Virus record (IMG/VR): IMGVR_UViG_3300042863_000390
Span: 2,286 to 66,285 of that record
DNA length: 64,000 nucleotides
Source: a virus
Reading direction: 5' to 3' (one strand)
Part shown: positions 22,801 through 31,834 of the stretch, piece after piece
Layout: every line of letters begins with the position of its first letter
How positions within the stretch are numbered: the first letter of the stretch is position 1
Program-made: the position numbers and the translations under genes
The notes under the pieces: model-generated
Databases searched by the model: none
Seen by the model: the letters and a program-made list of their open reading frames with translations, nothing else
Told to the model about the DNA's origin: nothing

Positions 22801-25800
22801 AGGCAATTGAAAAGGAAAAAACCACTCCTGCTATTGAAACTAAGAAAGAAAAAGAAATCTCTGAAGAAGACGATGTAAAAGAAATTATAAAAACTGAAAG
22901 AGGTTCCGTATCTTCTGATAGAGTGCAACAAATATATAATGATAAAGGATTAAACGGAGCGGCTGAAATTATAAAACTATTTAAACCAATTACAAATAAG
23001 ATAGTTGACAAACGTAGAGATGCTCCAGGTTTTGACAAAGAATTATTAACTGATGAAATAGAAACAGGCGTTGGTGGTATTTTAGATTTAATAAAAAAAT
23101 ACAACCCAGAATCTGGTATTCCATTAGCTGCTTATATTAATAAGTATTTACCTGTTAGAGCAATCGCTACTTCAAGAAGGATACTAGATCAACAGTTTAA
23201 AAAAGATGTAACTGAAGAGAAAGGCTTAATGGCTGAAGAAACAGTTATAGAGACAAAAGAAAAGCCAAAATATAAGAATGTATTAGAATCAAAAGTTTTT
23301 GAGCCAGAGACGCTTAAAACAATCAATGATAAGATATTAACCGTTGTTAGAACTTTAAAATCAAAGATTGATGAGCCAATATCATTAAATAGGACAGTTA
23401 CGCCTATAATTGCTGAAATCAGAGATGAAATAGGTAAACTTGTTGATATTGATGTTAAAACAGCAATGGGTGGCAAAAAAGATGATCAACTTAAAAATTG
23501 GTTATTAAAGAATAAAAGATATATTCTTGAAAATATGACTACAACCTGGTTAATGGGTAAAGATGGTCAAGGAGGAATGCCTATTGCTATTCAAAAACAA
23601 ATTGATGGTAGATTTGTAAATTATCCTGAATGGGTTGGTAAAAAAATAGACAGAGAAAAAACTTCAACTGATAATGCGGGTAGAACTTCTGGGGCAGAAT
23701 TGGTTAGAAGATTGCCTAATGTAGTAAATAACATTTCTGATGCAGACTACCTTGCACAAGTTTTAGCCGCAGATGGGAATCCATTAAGAGGTAGGAAAGA
23801 GTCTTTAGCAAAAGCTATTGCTGAGGAATCATCGTTTGATATTATCAATGACGATTTAGCAAATGAAGGAGTTATATACGATGCTTTAGAAACAAATCAA
23901 AAAAGATTAGGTGTTGAGCAATTAAATAACATTGCTGTTGAAATAAATAAACAAATAGAAAGAGGTAATGTTAAATTTTCTGCAAGATTAATTAAAGGAT
24001 TTGAGATATCTAAAGATAAATTAATTAAAGATATAATAGAAGCCCCTACAGCAGAGGATGAAATAAATGTAATTAATAATTGGATAGCCAGTGATGGTAG
24101 ATCGCTGCGCACAATGGCCTCTAAAATAGGCCCTGGTGAAATATATAAATTAAGAATTAATAGAGGTTTATTTGAAAATATATTATTACCTATAATTAAG
24201 ACTGCGTCAAAATTTGAAGGAAAAATTGGAGAAGATTCTTATAAGTTAGAACCTGTTAAAGGGGGTGAATCGATATATTTTGGAGAAGAAAAAGTTCCAT
24301 TATGGGCAGATATTAATAGAATAAAAAGCAATTGGGAGTCTAGTGTTTCAATAATAGATGATGAAGCTTTAAAAGCAACTAATGATCTTATTAATATTGT
24401 AAAATATTTTAAAGACAATAACTATACTAAAGAAGATTTTGAATCTTATGTTGAATTACTTAAATTTGATCAAAGGGGATTATTCCGCAAAGTTTCTAAA
24501 GCGGGTCTTGGGGTACTAGGATTAACAAAAAAACAAGAACCTCGTTTAGAACATAATGCACCTGCTCAAACAATTGTTGATTATACTATAGATTTATTTG
24601 ACAATAAAATAACTGAACAGGAATTTAGAGCATTTATAGATGAATCAAAAGTAAATTTAGTACCTAAGGCACTGGAAGACATACTACCTGGTTATATTCA
24701 AGGTGAAAACAGAATGTATGATCCAAAAGCGGTTTCATTTATTAAAGACTTAATAGACAAAGGATATAAAGTTGTAGGTCTAGAAAAAGAATACGGAACA
24801 AAAGCAAACTTTAATGCTCTTGTTAAATTAGCAAAATCAGGTATTAATTCTAAAGAGTCCTTACAAAACATATATAATAATGATGCGGTAACAAAGTCTT
24901 TAATTTCATTTTCTAAACCGGCAAAAGGTATTTCTGTTTTTGATTTTGATGATACTGTTGGTATAACTAAAAGTAATGTGCTATACACAATGCCGGATGG
25001 GACAAAAGGAAAATTAAATGCTGAAGAGTTTGCAAAAGACGGTGCAAGACTATTGGAAGAAGGAGCTCAATTTGATTTTTCTGAATTTAGTAAGGTTACT
25101 AATGGTAAGCCAGGGCCTATGGTCGAAAAAATGAAGAAAATGATTGGCAAGTTTGGCCCAGATAATTTCTTTATACTTACTGCAAGACCTGCGAATTCAG
25201 CTGGTCCTATTCATGGATTTTTATCTTCAATAGGCATAGACATCCCATTAGAAAATATAACTGGATTAGGAAATAGCACAGCTCAAGCAAAAGCTGATTG
25301 GATGATAGCGAAAGCAACGGAAGGTTATAATGATTTTTACTTCGCTGATGATGCAATTCAAAATGTAACTGCCGTTAAAGATGCACTAAATGTTCTTGAC
25401 GTTAAGTCAAAAATTCAACAAGCAAAAATTAAGTTTAGTAAAACTATATCTCCAGAATTCAATAAGATAATTGAAGAGAATACTGGCATGGCAGACTACA
25501 AAGTATTCTCAGATATTGTTGCAAGAAGAAGAGGAGCTGACAAAAACAAATTTGATTTCTATGTTCCACCATCCGCCGCTGATTTTGAATTATTATTATA
25601 TAAATTTATAGGTAAAGGAAAACGCGGAGAAGAACAACAAAAATTCTTTTCAGATGCTTTATTAAAACCTTATGCAAATGGTAATGATTTAATGGATGCA
25701 GCAAGACAATCGATTAAGAAAGATTACAAAGCATTGACAGATCAATTCCCTGATATTAAAAACAAAATTGAGAAGTTAACGCCAGATGGGGACTTTACAT

Positions 25801-27650
25801 ATGACCAAGCAATACGTGTTGCAATGTGGACAGAAGAGGGCGTTGAAATTCCTGGTATATCGCAAAGAGACCAAAAGAAGTTAACTGAGCTTGTAAATAA
25901 TGATCCTGAGTTAGCTGCGTTTAAACAAGGGTTAATAGTTACTGGTAGACAAGGTAAAGGATGGGTTACTCCAACTGAATTCTGGGATGCAAGTACAATT
26001 ATATCTGACTTACATAACTTAACCGAGGGAGAAGGCAGAAAGAAATTCCTTGCTGAATTTATTGACAATGCCCAAGAGATGTTTGGTAAATGGGAAAATG
26101 GAAAACTTGTTGGTCCTAATATTAATAAGGTTGAAGCAGTATACGGTACAAATGTAAGAGAAGCTATTGAGGATGTCCTATGGAGAATGACTACTGGTAA
26201 AAATAGAAGTCAAGGTAAAGATAAAGAAACTTCTAGATGGGCTAACTGGGTAACTGGATCTACTGGAGCTATTATGTTCTTGAATGTAAGATCTGCTGCA
26301 TTACAATTAATTGGGGCAGTAAACTTTTTAAACTTAAGAGATAATAATCCTGTAGCTGCTGCTGCTGCATTTGCAAATCAAAAACAATATTGGACTGACT
26401 TTGCGCGTATTTGGAATTCAGATAAAATGAAAGAAAGACGTGGCGGATTAAAAGAGGATGTTGCTGCCGCAGAGATTGCTAATGCTGCTGCTGGTAGTAA
26501 AAATAAAGTTGGTGCTGTCTTATCTTACTTATTAAAAATAGGTTACACGCCAACACAAATGGCAGATAGTTTTGCTATTGCTTCAGGAGGTGCTCCGTTC
26601 TACAGAAATAGAATAAAAAGTTACTTAAAAGAAGGAATGACTGAACAAGAAGCTGAGACTGCAGCATGGAATGACTTTACTAAAGTATCAGATGAAACAC
26701 AACAGTCGGGTGATCCAAGAGATATATCAAAACAACAAGCGAGTGCAGCTGGTAGATTGCTATTAACATTCCAGAATACTGCGATGCAACAATCGCGTAT
26801 CGTTAAGAAGGCTATATTAGATCTTAAGAATAGACGTGGTAATGATAAAACAAACGTAGCCAAGATTGCTTATTATCTAGCAATTCAAAATACAATGTTT
26901 GCCGTACTACAACAAGGTTTATTTGCTGTTGCATTTGGTTATGATGATGAGGATAAAGAAAAACCTGAAAAAGAAAAGAAACTAGAAGAGAAATTAGTTG
27001 ATGTTACAGATGGTGTTATTGATACTATATTAAGAGGGACAGGATTTACTGGTGGTATTATAGCTACTCTAAAGAATATGGCTAAAAAGTATTTAGAAGA
27101 GAAAGATAAAAAATTTAAAGCTGACTATGCTAAAGTAATGTTGGAAGGCGCAAATATTTCTCCTCCAATTGGATCTAAACTTAGAAAGCTATATTCAGGA
27201 CTGCAACAAACTAAATTTGAAAAAGATCTTATAGAAGAAAGAGGGTGGGGAGTTATGCAAGACGGAACAGTTCACTTAGGGCCAATGTATGGAGTGAGCG
27301 GTAAAGTTGTTGAATCATTCACAAACGTACCAATGGATCGTTTAGTTACTAAAATAGAGAATGCTTCTCAAGCAATGAATACACAAAATGAAGCTTGGCA
27401 AAGAGTTATGGTTGGATTAGGATGGTCTCCATATAGTATTGGAATCGAAGAATCCACTGGAGATCAAGCTATAAGAGCTAAAGCTAAAGAAGTAAGAAAA
27501 GAGGAGGGTAAAATTAAATCAAAAGAAACTCGCCAACGTACTAAAGATTCTATTAATGCTTTGCCTATTGCAGAAAAAATAAAATTGCGACAAGAAAAAA
27601 GATTAAAAAGAAGAGAAGAAAGATTAAAGAAACGTAGAAAAATGGGTTGA
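19893..27650 (+). CDS. Giant polyvalent internal virion protein (hydrophobic segment, HExxH zincin, sigma70 region-2-like domain, HAD phosphatase)
   Basis: 2585 aa; HEFLH at 22071; GILDLIKKYNPESGIPLAAYINKYL near 23076-23150; HAD motifs VFDFDDT, ILTAR, K, FADD at about 24930-25360. Confidence 0.7.
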   Translation: MPIYIYNGTEFSEEDVIAKAREKDMDLESYINKFGIKKVEDKMPGKPKPVVKKDAVATVKSTASKSAEPSSASPVNPFGKPKTIDPLGLEKLKSAPAPKAKKETVFNPKKFANEVSSQANEGFYTKGERNMLLNNTKQKELEKKTVDKVFNDFDNLNYSSLSPEKKLELDDTAVKILTANQKPGTPYKFTTNDIELKSQEILAKASDKKKSIEGASYLDRVISGIAKTTNYVGESFASMPETIYRVFALPQNAVAAITGNKELEATPEKFKKQTGLNNPVMDYFVDEQKRIQKVNNIFDNANYDSQSITENLKTGNYSDAFKLLGVGLAESAPISIGMMAGGANMSIGKLAAASTAVMAGPEIRQQKEANPDLFEIENVMNGFGMAGAESVFSAIGEGSIGKVYKDIIKKEGLENGAKIFKDGLISTYQTALKKYGVPAAMLGEGLEEVATTVTQNLISKKPAFENTMDSFIAGVGGGAVWGSPITLQKSIVGFKDGLTVHKINTELKTGNASNLKEVFNPNTPITETQIKIASIPNSYKILTSQIDNDIAADNMTAEEGDKIKMEYAATYHAANQLKPLELPNTTSVEVANLLKNRDQLTRIIKNVNDPTLTTFQLDKVKEINSRISELTSAVAKEKMEGTISADIERTAIASQALEVEEEIELPNLNTANDVINYLSKNTDLDKDTINEAANKYGAFIPLSNGKEALIINKEEAAMDQVVTTGQHEFLHKLIYKAVKDNVDLQKKIGADLYNHIENYIGTETLNNTEFKQRYDTYKLDFEDTKFELEGKITKAKEYFNKGLILQDQYDQTLSQANSLIAKAEGKYLEETLPLLSEALTKGDIKYNETFFTKIGDILRRIFQKYGLSKVKFNTGKDVFDFVRDYNKSFEKGQFTKAFKSLAKEGAYKGSIAKGNAPVRTAIKTEVKKSQGLSQVETLKNQLKEIQDNEFDYDPDDFDQQVANLQGKIKKAIEKEKTTPAIETKKEKEISEEDDVKEIIKTERGSVSSDRVQQIYNDKGLNGAAEIIKLFKPITNKIVDKRRDAPGFDKELLTDEIETGVGGILDLIKKYNPESGIPLAAYINKYLPVRAIATSRRILDQQFKKDVTEEKGLMAEETVIETKEKPKYKNVLESKVFEPETLKTINDKILTVVRTLKSKIDEPISLNRTVTPIIAEIRDEIGKLVDIDVKTAMGGKKDDQLKNWLLKNKRYILENMTTTWLMGKDGQGGMPIAIQKQIDGRFVNYPEWVGKKIDREKTSTDNAGRTSGAELVRRLPNVVNNISDADYLAQVLAADGNPLRGRKESLAKAIAEESSFDIINDDLANEGVIYDALETNQKRLGVEQLNNIAVEINKQIERGNVKFSARLIKGFEISKDKLIKDIIEAPTAEDEINVINNWIASDGRSLRTMASKIGPGEIYKLRINRGLFENILLPIIKTASKFEGKIGEDSYKLEPVKGGESIYFGEEKVPLWADINRIKSNWESSVSIIDDEALKATNDLINIVKYFKDNNYTKEDFESYVELLKFDQRGLFRKVSKAGLGVLGLTKKQEPRLEHNAPAQTIVDYTIDLFDNKITEQEFRAFIDESKVNLVPKALEDILPGYIQGENRMYDPKAVSFIKDLIDKGYKVVGLEKEYGTKANFNALVKLAKSGINSKESLQNIYNNDAVTKSLISFSKPAKGISVFDFDDTVGITKSNVLYTMPDGTKGKLNAEEFAKDGARLLEEGAQFDFSEFSKVTNGKPGPMVEKMKKMIGKFGPDNFFILTARPANSAGPIHGFLSSIGIDIPLENITGLGNSTAQAKADWMIAKATEGYNDFYFADDAIQNVTAVKDALNVLDVKSKIQQAKIKFSKTISPEFNKIIEENTGMADYKVFSDIVARRRGADKNKFDFYVPPSAADFELLLYKFIGKGKRGEEQQKFFSDALLKPYANGNDLMDAARQSIKKDYKALTDQFPDIKNKIEKLTPDGDFTYDQAIRVAMWTEEGVEIPGISQRDQKKLTELVNNDPELAAFKQGLIVTGRQGKGWVTPTEFWDASTIISDLHNLTEGEGRKKFLAEFIDNAQEMFGKWENGKLVGPNINKVEAVYGTNVREAIEDVLWRMTTGKNRSQGKDKETSRWANWVTGSTGAIMFLNVRSAALQLIGAVNFLNLRDNNPVAAAAAFANQKQYWTDFARIWNSDKMKERRGGLKEDVAAAEIANAAAGSKNKVGAVLSYLLKIGYTPTQMADSFAIASGGAPFYRNRIKSYLKEGMTEQEAETAAWNDFTKVSDETQQSGDPRDISKQQASAAGRLLLTFQNTAMQQSRIVKKAILDLKNRRGNDKTNVAKIAYYLAIQNTMFAVLQQGLFAVAFGYDDEDKEKPEKEKKLEEKLVDVTDGVIDTILRGTGFTGGIIATLKNMAKKYLEEKDKKFKADYAKVMLEGANISPPIGSKLRKLYSGLQQTKFEKDLIEERGWGVMQDGTVHLGPMYGVSGKVVESFTNVPMDRLVTKIENASQAMNTQNEAWQRVMVGLGWSPYSIGIEESTGDQAIRAKAKEVRKEEGKIKSKETRQRTKDSINALPIAEKIKLRQEKRLKRREERLKKRRKMG

Positions 27651-27684
27651 TAATAAAATAGGCACCATACCTAATAATCCATTA

Positions 27685-27721
27685 AAGAGAAAGGGACACT
27701 AATTATAGTGCCCCTTTTCTT
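27685..27721. terminator. Bidirectional intrinsic terminator between convergent arms
   Basis: AAGAGAAAGGGACACTA-ATTA-TAGTGCCCCTTTTCTT. Confidence 0.75.
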
Positions 27722-27727
27722 ATTTAA

Positions 27728-27952
27728 TTAAATTTCTAATTTTGGCTCGTCTTCAAGTTTTTCTTCAAGACTTTCCTTTGCGCGGTCTGTTAAAGTTTGT
27801 ATTGCTTCTTCATAACCTGGCATAAGTTTCACAGCTTCTAATGTACCTGCTGCTAACGTAGTTAAATGTTGTTGTTCATTCATAACTTGTTGGATAATTC
27901 TTACAACAGCATCCAATTTGTTTTTCATTTCAACTAAAGTTTGTTCTTTCAT
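27728..27952 (-). CDS. Hypothetical protein
   Basis: 74-aa ORF packed behind nrdJ. Confidence 0.6.
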   Translation of the reverse strand: MKEQTLVEMKNKLDAVVRIIQQVMNEQQHLTTLAAGTLEAVKLMPGYEEAIQTLTDRAKESLEEKLEDEPKLEI

Positions 27953-27956
27953 TTTA

Positions 27957-29825
27957 TTAAGTTATTTCGCAACCAGCTGGACCACAGGCAACTGATTCGC
28001 TAAAGTTAGTATTATCTTGAATTTCGATTACTTTTGATAGATCAACATCTTTTAATGTTGCCATCATTTGATCGTACATTTCCTTTGTACAATCTTCAAA
28101 TGGTGTTTGTTTATATGTACCTCCGTGATACGGTAAAACAGATAATCCATTATAGTAATCTTTGTTTGCCCACATCCATTCACCAATAATCTTCCACTCA
28201 TCATCTCTTACCGAAACAGTACACGAAACGTTGTGTGTATTATTACCTTTGTTGTGACCTTGCTTAACCCAATCCTTAGATACAAGCTTAACTCTTTCTA
28301 ATAGATCTAATGTAGACTCATGTCTTGTTATGGCACCATTTGGAGCTTTCTGAGGCACAGATATGACTGACTGTAATGTTGGATTAAAATATTCATCTTC
28401 AATCAATTCTGGATGATTTATTGCAAGATAAGAATAGATTGCTTCATTCTTGCCTAAGCGCATGCGACGTATGTAATAATCATTATGCCAAGCATGAATA
28501 CCACTGCTAGTACCCAACACCAAAGAAGTAGTTCCAGCGGGCTTGACGGCCGTCGTTCTAGCTGCCCTGTTGATGTTAAGGGCGGCAGAAATGACATTAT
28601 TTGTATCTTTAACCACTTGAGCAGCTTCTTCATAGTTTAAATTTAAATTAGATTCTGATGCAATACCTGTCATTGATACACCAAGTAATGCGTCTTTTTC
28701 TGTATTCTTTCTCCATATATCTCGCAGATAATGGAAGTCCGAATACGATGCCTGCAATGTTCCTAAGAATGATGCCGCTGATGCTCTTGCATTAAAGTCC
28801 TCCTGGCTTTCAATATTAGCCATATTAATTTCAGTTAAATTACAAAACTGATAAGGACGTAAAGCAATCTCACAACAAGGATTAGTACCCCAATCTTTAT
28901 CATTAGTAAGGTAAATGCCTGGCTCACCCGATCCAGAAGCCTCAATACGTTCCCAAACTTTGTCAAATGTTTTCTTGTCAATTTTATGTCTTAAAAGTAC
29001 TACTGAATTATTTGCTCTACCTCTTTGAGGATTTTCTTCCCACCAGTTTCCGGCCTTACAATTTAACATTGCATTACTATCAAGATCAAACAATGAAATC
29101 ATTGCAGCGCGTCTGATACCGCCCGCTAAAACAGCATCGGCGATATGACACTGAATATCATGACACTCAATATCGGTTAATTTAGATCTATCTTCTTTAC
29201 TTCTTAATATAGCCTCTACTTTAACTAATGCAATTCTTAATGGCTCTGGCCCTGGCGCTTTACCACCTGCTGTTACAAGCAATGCACCCTTCTGTCTTAT
29301 GTCAGATAGATCAAACTCGATATGCGAAGTTAATCCTCCTGTGTATGACTTGAAGAGGGTTTTGATTGCGTCTGCCCATCCGATAATACTGTCTTGAACA
29401 ACATACCTTTTCTTACGATCATAATTAGGTTTTCTAATCTCAGGTAATTTGTCAATCTGATGTTGCTGGACCGAATAGCCAACTCCAGTACCTCCAAGCA
29501 ATAAAAACATAGTCTCAGAAAAACTATGGATACTATCAACAGGTAAGAAAGCGCAGTTATAAATGCGAGCGTTATTAAGCTCAATAGCTTTACCACCAAA
29601 CTGTAAGCTTCGCATCGAAGGTAAAACTTTTTTAGTGAATACAAAATTTTCATATACGGCTTCTATTGATTCTTTCATTGTAGGAAACTTAGCAACGTGC
29701 ATTTCCATATTCCTTGTTACTAATTCATGCCAGGTCTCACGCCTTTCCTTGTTTGGCAAATACTTAGCATATTTAGTGTACACTGTTATGTCACTTAAAA
29801 TCTGCTTATCTAATGTTAAACTCAT
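27957..29825 (-). CDS. nrdJ: Class II (B12-dependent) ribonucleoside-triphosphate reductase
   Basis: YNCAF, GTGVG, GGIRRAA, TNPCCEI, VKPAGTTS, C-terminal CGPAGC; no beta subunit gene nearby. Confidence 0.9.
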   Translation of the reverse strand: MSLTLDKQILSDITVYTKYAKYLPNKERRETWHELVTRNMEMHVAKFPTMKESIEAVYENFVFTKKVLPSMRSLQFGGKAIELNNARIYNCAFLPVDSIHSFSETMFLLLGGTGVGYSVQQHQIDKLPEIRKPNYDRKKRYVVQDSIIGWADAIKTLFKSYTGGLTSHIEFDLSDIRQKGALLVTAGGKAPGPEPLRIALVKVEAILRSKEDRSKLTDIECHDIQCHIADAVLAGGIRRAAMISLFDLDSNAMLNCKAGNWWEENPQRGRANNSVVLLRHKIDKKTFDKVWERIEASGSGEPGIYLTNDKDWGTNPCCEIALRPYQFCNLTEINMANIESQEDFNARASAASFLGTLQASYSDFHYLRDIWRKNTEKDALLGVSMTGIASESNLNLNYEEAAQVVKDTNNVISAALNINRAARTTAVKPAGTTSLVLGTSSGIHAWHNDYYIRRMRLGKNEAIYSYLAINHPELIEDEYFNPTLQSVISVPQKAPNGAITRHESTLDLLERVKLVSKDWVKQGHNKGNNTHNVSCTVSVRDDEWKIIGEWMWANKDYYNGLSVLPYHGGTYKQTPFEDCTKEMYDQMMATLKDVDLSKVIEIQDNTNFSESVACGPAGCEIT

Positions 29826-29841
29826 ATTTGGTTTTTAATTA

Positions 29842-30024
29842 TTAATTATCTATTTCTAATGCAATATCTACAAATGGTAAGTACAAAACATGTGTGTTAA
29901 AATCCCTTTCCTCATAAGTTCTAAACCCAAATAATATTCCTGGATAAAGCCCTATTGTGATACTCCAATATTTTTCATTTGGTTCTTCTGGTACTTCTAC
30001 TAACTTTGGTTTCTTTTTTGTCAT
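29842..30024 (-). CDS. Hypothetical protein
   Basis: 60-aa ORF in operon. Confidence 0.55.
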   Translation of the reverse strand: MTKKKPKLVEVPEEPNEKYWSITIGLYPGILFGFRTYEERDFNTHVLYLPFVDIALEIDN

Positions 30025-30466
30025 TTGTTTTGGTTTTTAAAATTAATTCAACAGTTTTTAAGCACTCAGCTTGATTTTGGGGTTTATATAGTGTTCTATT
30101 GTCACATGCTAAAGTCATCCAGTATTTAAACATTTTCCAGCGCAATGGGAAAGCATCATTTGCTCTACCTTTAGTTTCAATTATAAAACTATCACCAACA
30201 AAGTCCGGAGTGTATTTTAAATTCAATACTTTTTTATTACCTCTATTTATAAAATCACCTTTACTATTAGCTTGTCTTTCTATACAATCATTTAAGAATG
30301 TAAATGACGGTAGTAATTCAAATGTGTGCTTTTCATATTCAGCAGGTATGTTGGCATCTTTCAATGCTTTATACATGTATTTTTCTAATCCAGATTTAAA
30401 GGTGATACCATCATATGATACCACCTTAGAAGTTACTGGTCCTTTTTTTCTGCTAATTTTCCTCAT
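29975..30466 (-). CDS. T7 endonuclease I-like resolvase (PD-(D/E)xK)
   Basis: FKSGLE, YTPDF, IIETKG motifs. Confidence 0.8.
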   Translation of the reverse strand: MRKISRKKGPVTSKVVSYDGITFKSGLEKYMYKALKDANIPAEYEKHTFELLPSFTFLNDCIERQANSKGDFINRGNKKVLNLKYTPDFVGDSFIIETKGRANDAFPLRWKMFKYWMTLACDNRTLYKPQNQAECLKTVELILKTKTNDKKETKVSRSTRRTK

Positions 30467-30523
30467 TTGTGAGTTATTGGTCTTTTTTTCCGTTAATTTG
30501 CAGTTGTTGGTCTTTTTTTTCCA

Positions 30524-30973
30524 TTAGTCGTTATCCTGTGGATGCAACAAATCAAAATGGCTTCTAGTTGTATTTGAAACATATCTTGCTTGAGAATTGT
30601 AAGCAGGTTCATCTATTGTAAAAGTAAAATGATCACCACGACCAAGCTTCTGCCCCGAAGATTTTTTCTGCTTCAGTTTCTTCTCTTTTTTTTTAGGTAT
30701 GAATACAAACTCATCTATAATATCGATTTCATTTAATTCATTTATCAAAGCTTTTTCTTCTCGTAGATCAGATATTTCTTCTTTTAAACGTTGAAGATAC
30801 AATGTAGCATCCATTAATTCTTCTTGTAAATGATTAAGCCAAACAAAAACGTCAGACTTATCATCTCGCATAGTCTTGCCGTATTTAGCAAAGCCAACAT
30901 CGGAACGATCTACAAATTTATTTACTACTGATTGTACAACTGGGTCTCTAAATTCAATTTCTTGTTTTCTCAT
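30524..30973 (-). CDS. Putative all-alpha nucleotide pyrophosphohydrolase-like protein
   Basis: GFAKYG...WLNHLQEELMDATLY. Confidence 0.5.
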   Translation of the reverse strand: MRKQEIEFRDPVVQSVVNKFVDRSDVGFAKYGKTMRDDKSDVFVWLNHLQEELMDATLYLQRLKEEISDLREEKALINELNEIDIIDEFVFIPKKKEKKLKQKKSSGQKLGRGDHFTFTIDEPAYNSQARYVSNTTRSHFDLLHPQDND

Positions 30974-30974
30974 A

Positions 30975-31826
30975 TTATAGTGTGTTTGTTACGTCGTATT
31001 TTGATTTTGTAATTACAACTGGTCTTTCTTTAACAAAAGTTCCATTAATCATTGATCCTTGTCTTGATTTAATTACTTCATAAGCTGATGTAACACAATC
31101 TTCAATCTTTAATCCTTCTAATGCGGCAAGATTAGTTAATACAACTACAGCATCTCCAATTGCATCAATAAATTCTTCGCGATTATTTTTTAATATAGCT
31201 CTGGCAAGTTCACCAGTTTCTTCTTGAAGCTTTATAAACTGTGTTTTAGAATCTCCATTTCTATATATGCCCCGTTCATCAGCCCATTGTCTAATAAGAT
31301 CATACACATTAGGATTTTCAACTTTTACTTCTTCAGGTTGATTATAATGTTCCATAGCCATTGATTTTTTACCTAATGATTGAGCAAACTCATCTAATGC
31401 TTTGTTATAAACATAGGATCTTGCTGGATTGAACATTGAGGTGCTAGCATTATTAATTATCCAATCAGATAATTCTTGGGTTAAAACATATTTGCCAAAC
31501 CCAGTTTCTATTTTAATACCTAAATTATCCAATAAATTGCCTTTAAGCTTATTAAGTGGGCATGGGAATGTGGTTGTTTGTTCTGTAACATTTAATTTCA
31601 TTTTATTTGATTTTTTTTGAGTTAAATTCTTATATGATTGCCGATCTAGTTTGTAGCCGTAGATAGATTGAAGTTCTAGTTCCCGTTCAGATACATAATC
31701 TATATCGTCACTGGTTTCTAAAACTTCATATTCATCTTCTTTGTAACCTTGCTGGCTTGTAACCCTATTATTAAGATTACGTGTAACTCCGATCTTTTTA
31801 CCAAAAATGTGATAGATATAATACAT
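30975..31826 (-). CDS. MazG-like NTP pyrophosphohydrolase with N-terminal GIY-YIG-like segment
   Basis: KLQEETGEL...DAIGD MazG core; N-terminal YYIYHIFGKKIGVT..R. Confidence 0.75.
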   Translation of the reverse strand: MYYIYHIFGKKIGVTRNLNNRVTSQQGYKEDEYEVLETSDDIDYVSERELELQSIYGYKLDRQSYKNLTQKKSNKMKLNVTEQTTTFPCPLNKLKGNLLDNLGIKIETGFGKYVLTQELSDWIINNASTSMFNPARSYVYNKALDEFAQSLGKKSMAMEHYNQPEEVKVENPNVYDLIRQWADERGIYRNGDSKTQFIKLQEETGELARAILKNNREEFIDAIGDAVVVLTNLAALEGLKIEDCVTSAYEVIKSRQGSMINGTFVKERPVVITKSKYDVTNTL

Positions 31827-31834
31827 AATTTAGA

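Noticed and set aside
53-26863. Numerous antisense or nested ORFs in the track, here and elsewhere in the window
   Set aside because: Shadow frames of long, well-supported genes
19893-27650. Virion RNA polymerase as in crAss-like or N4 phages
   Set aside because: No DFDID/DxDGD or T7-type catalytic motif seen; DFDDT belongs to a full HAD motif set
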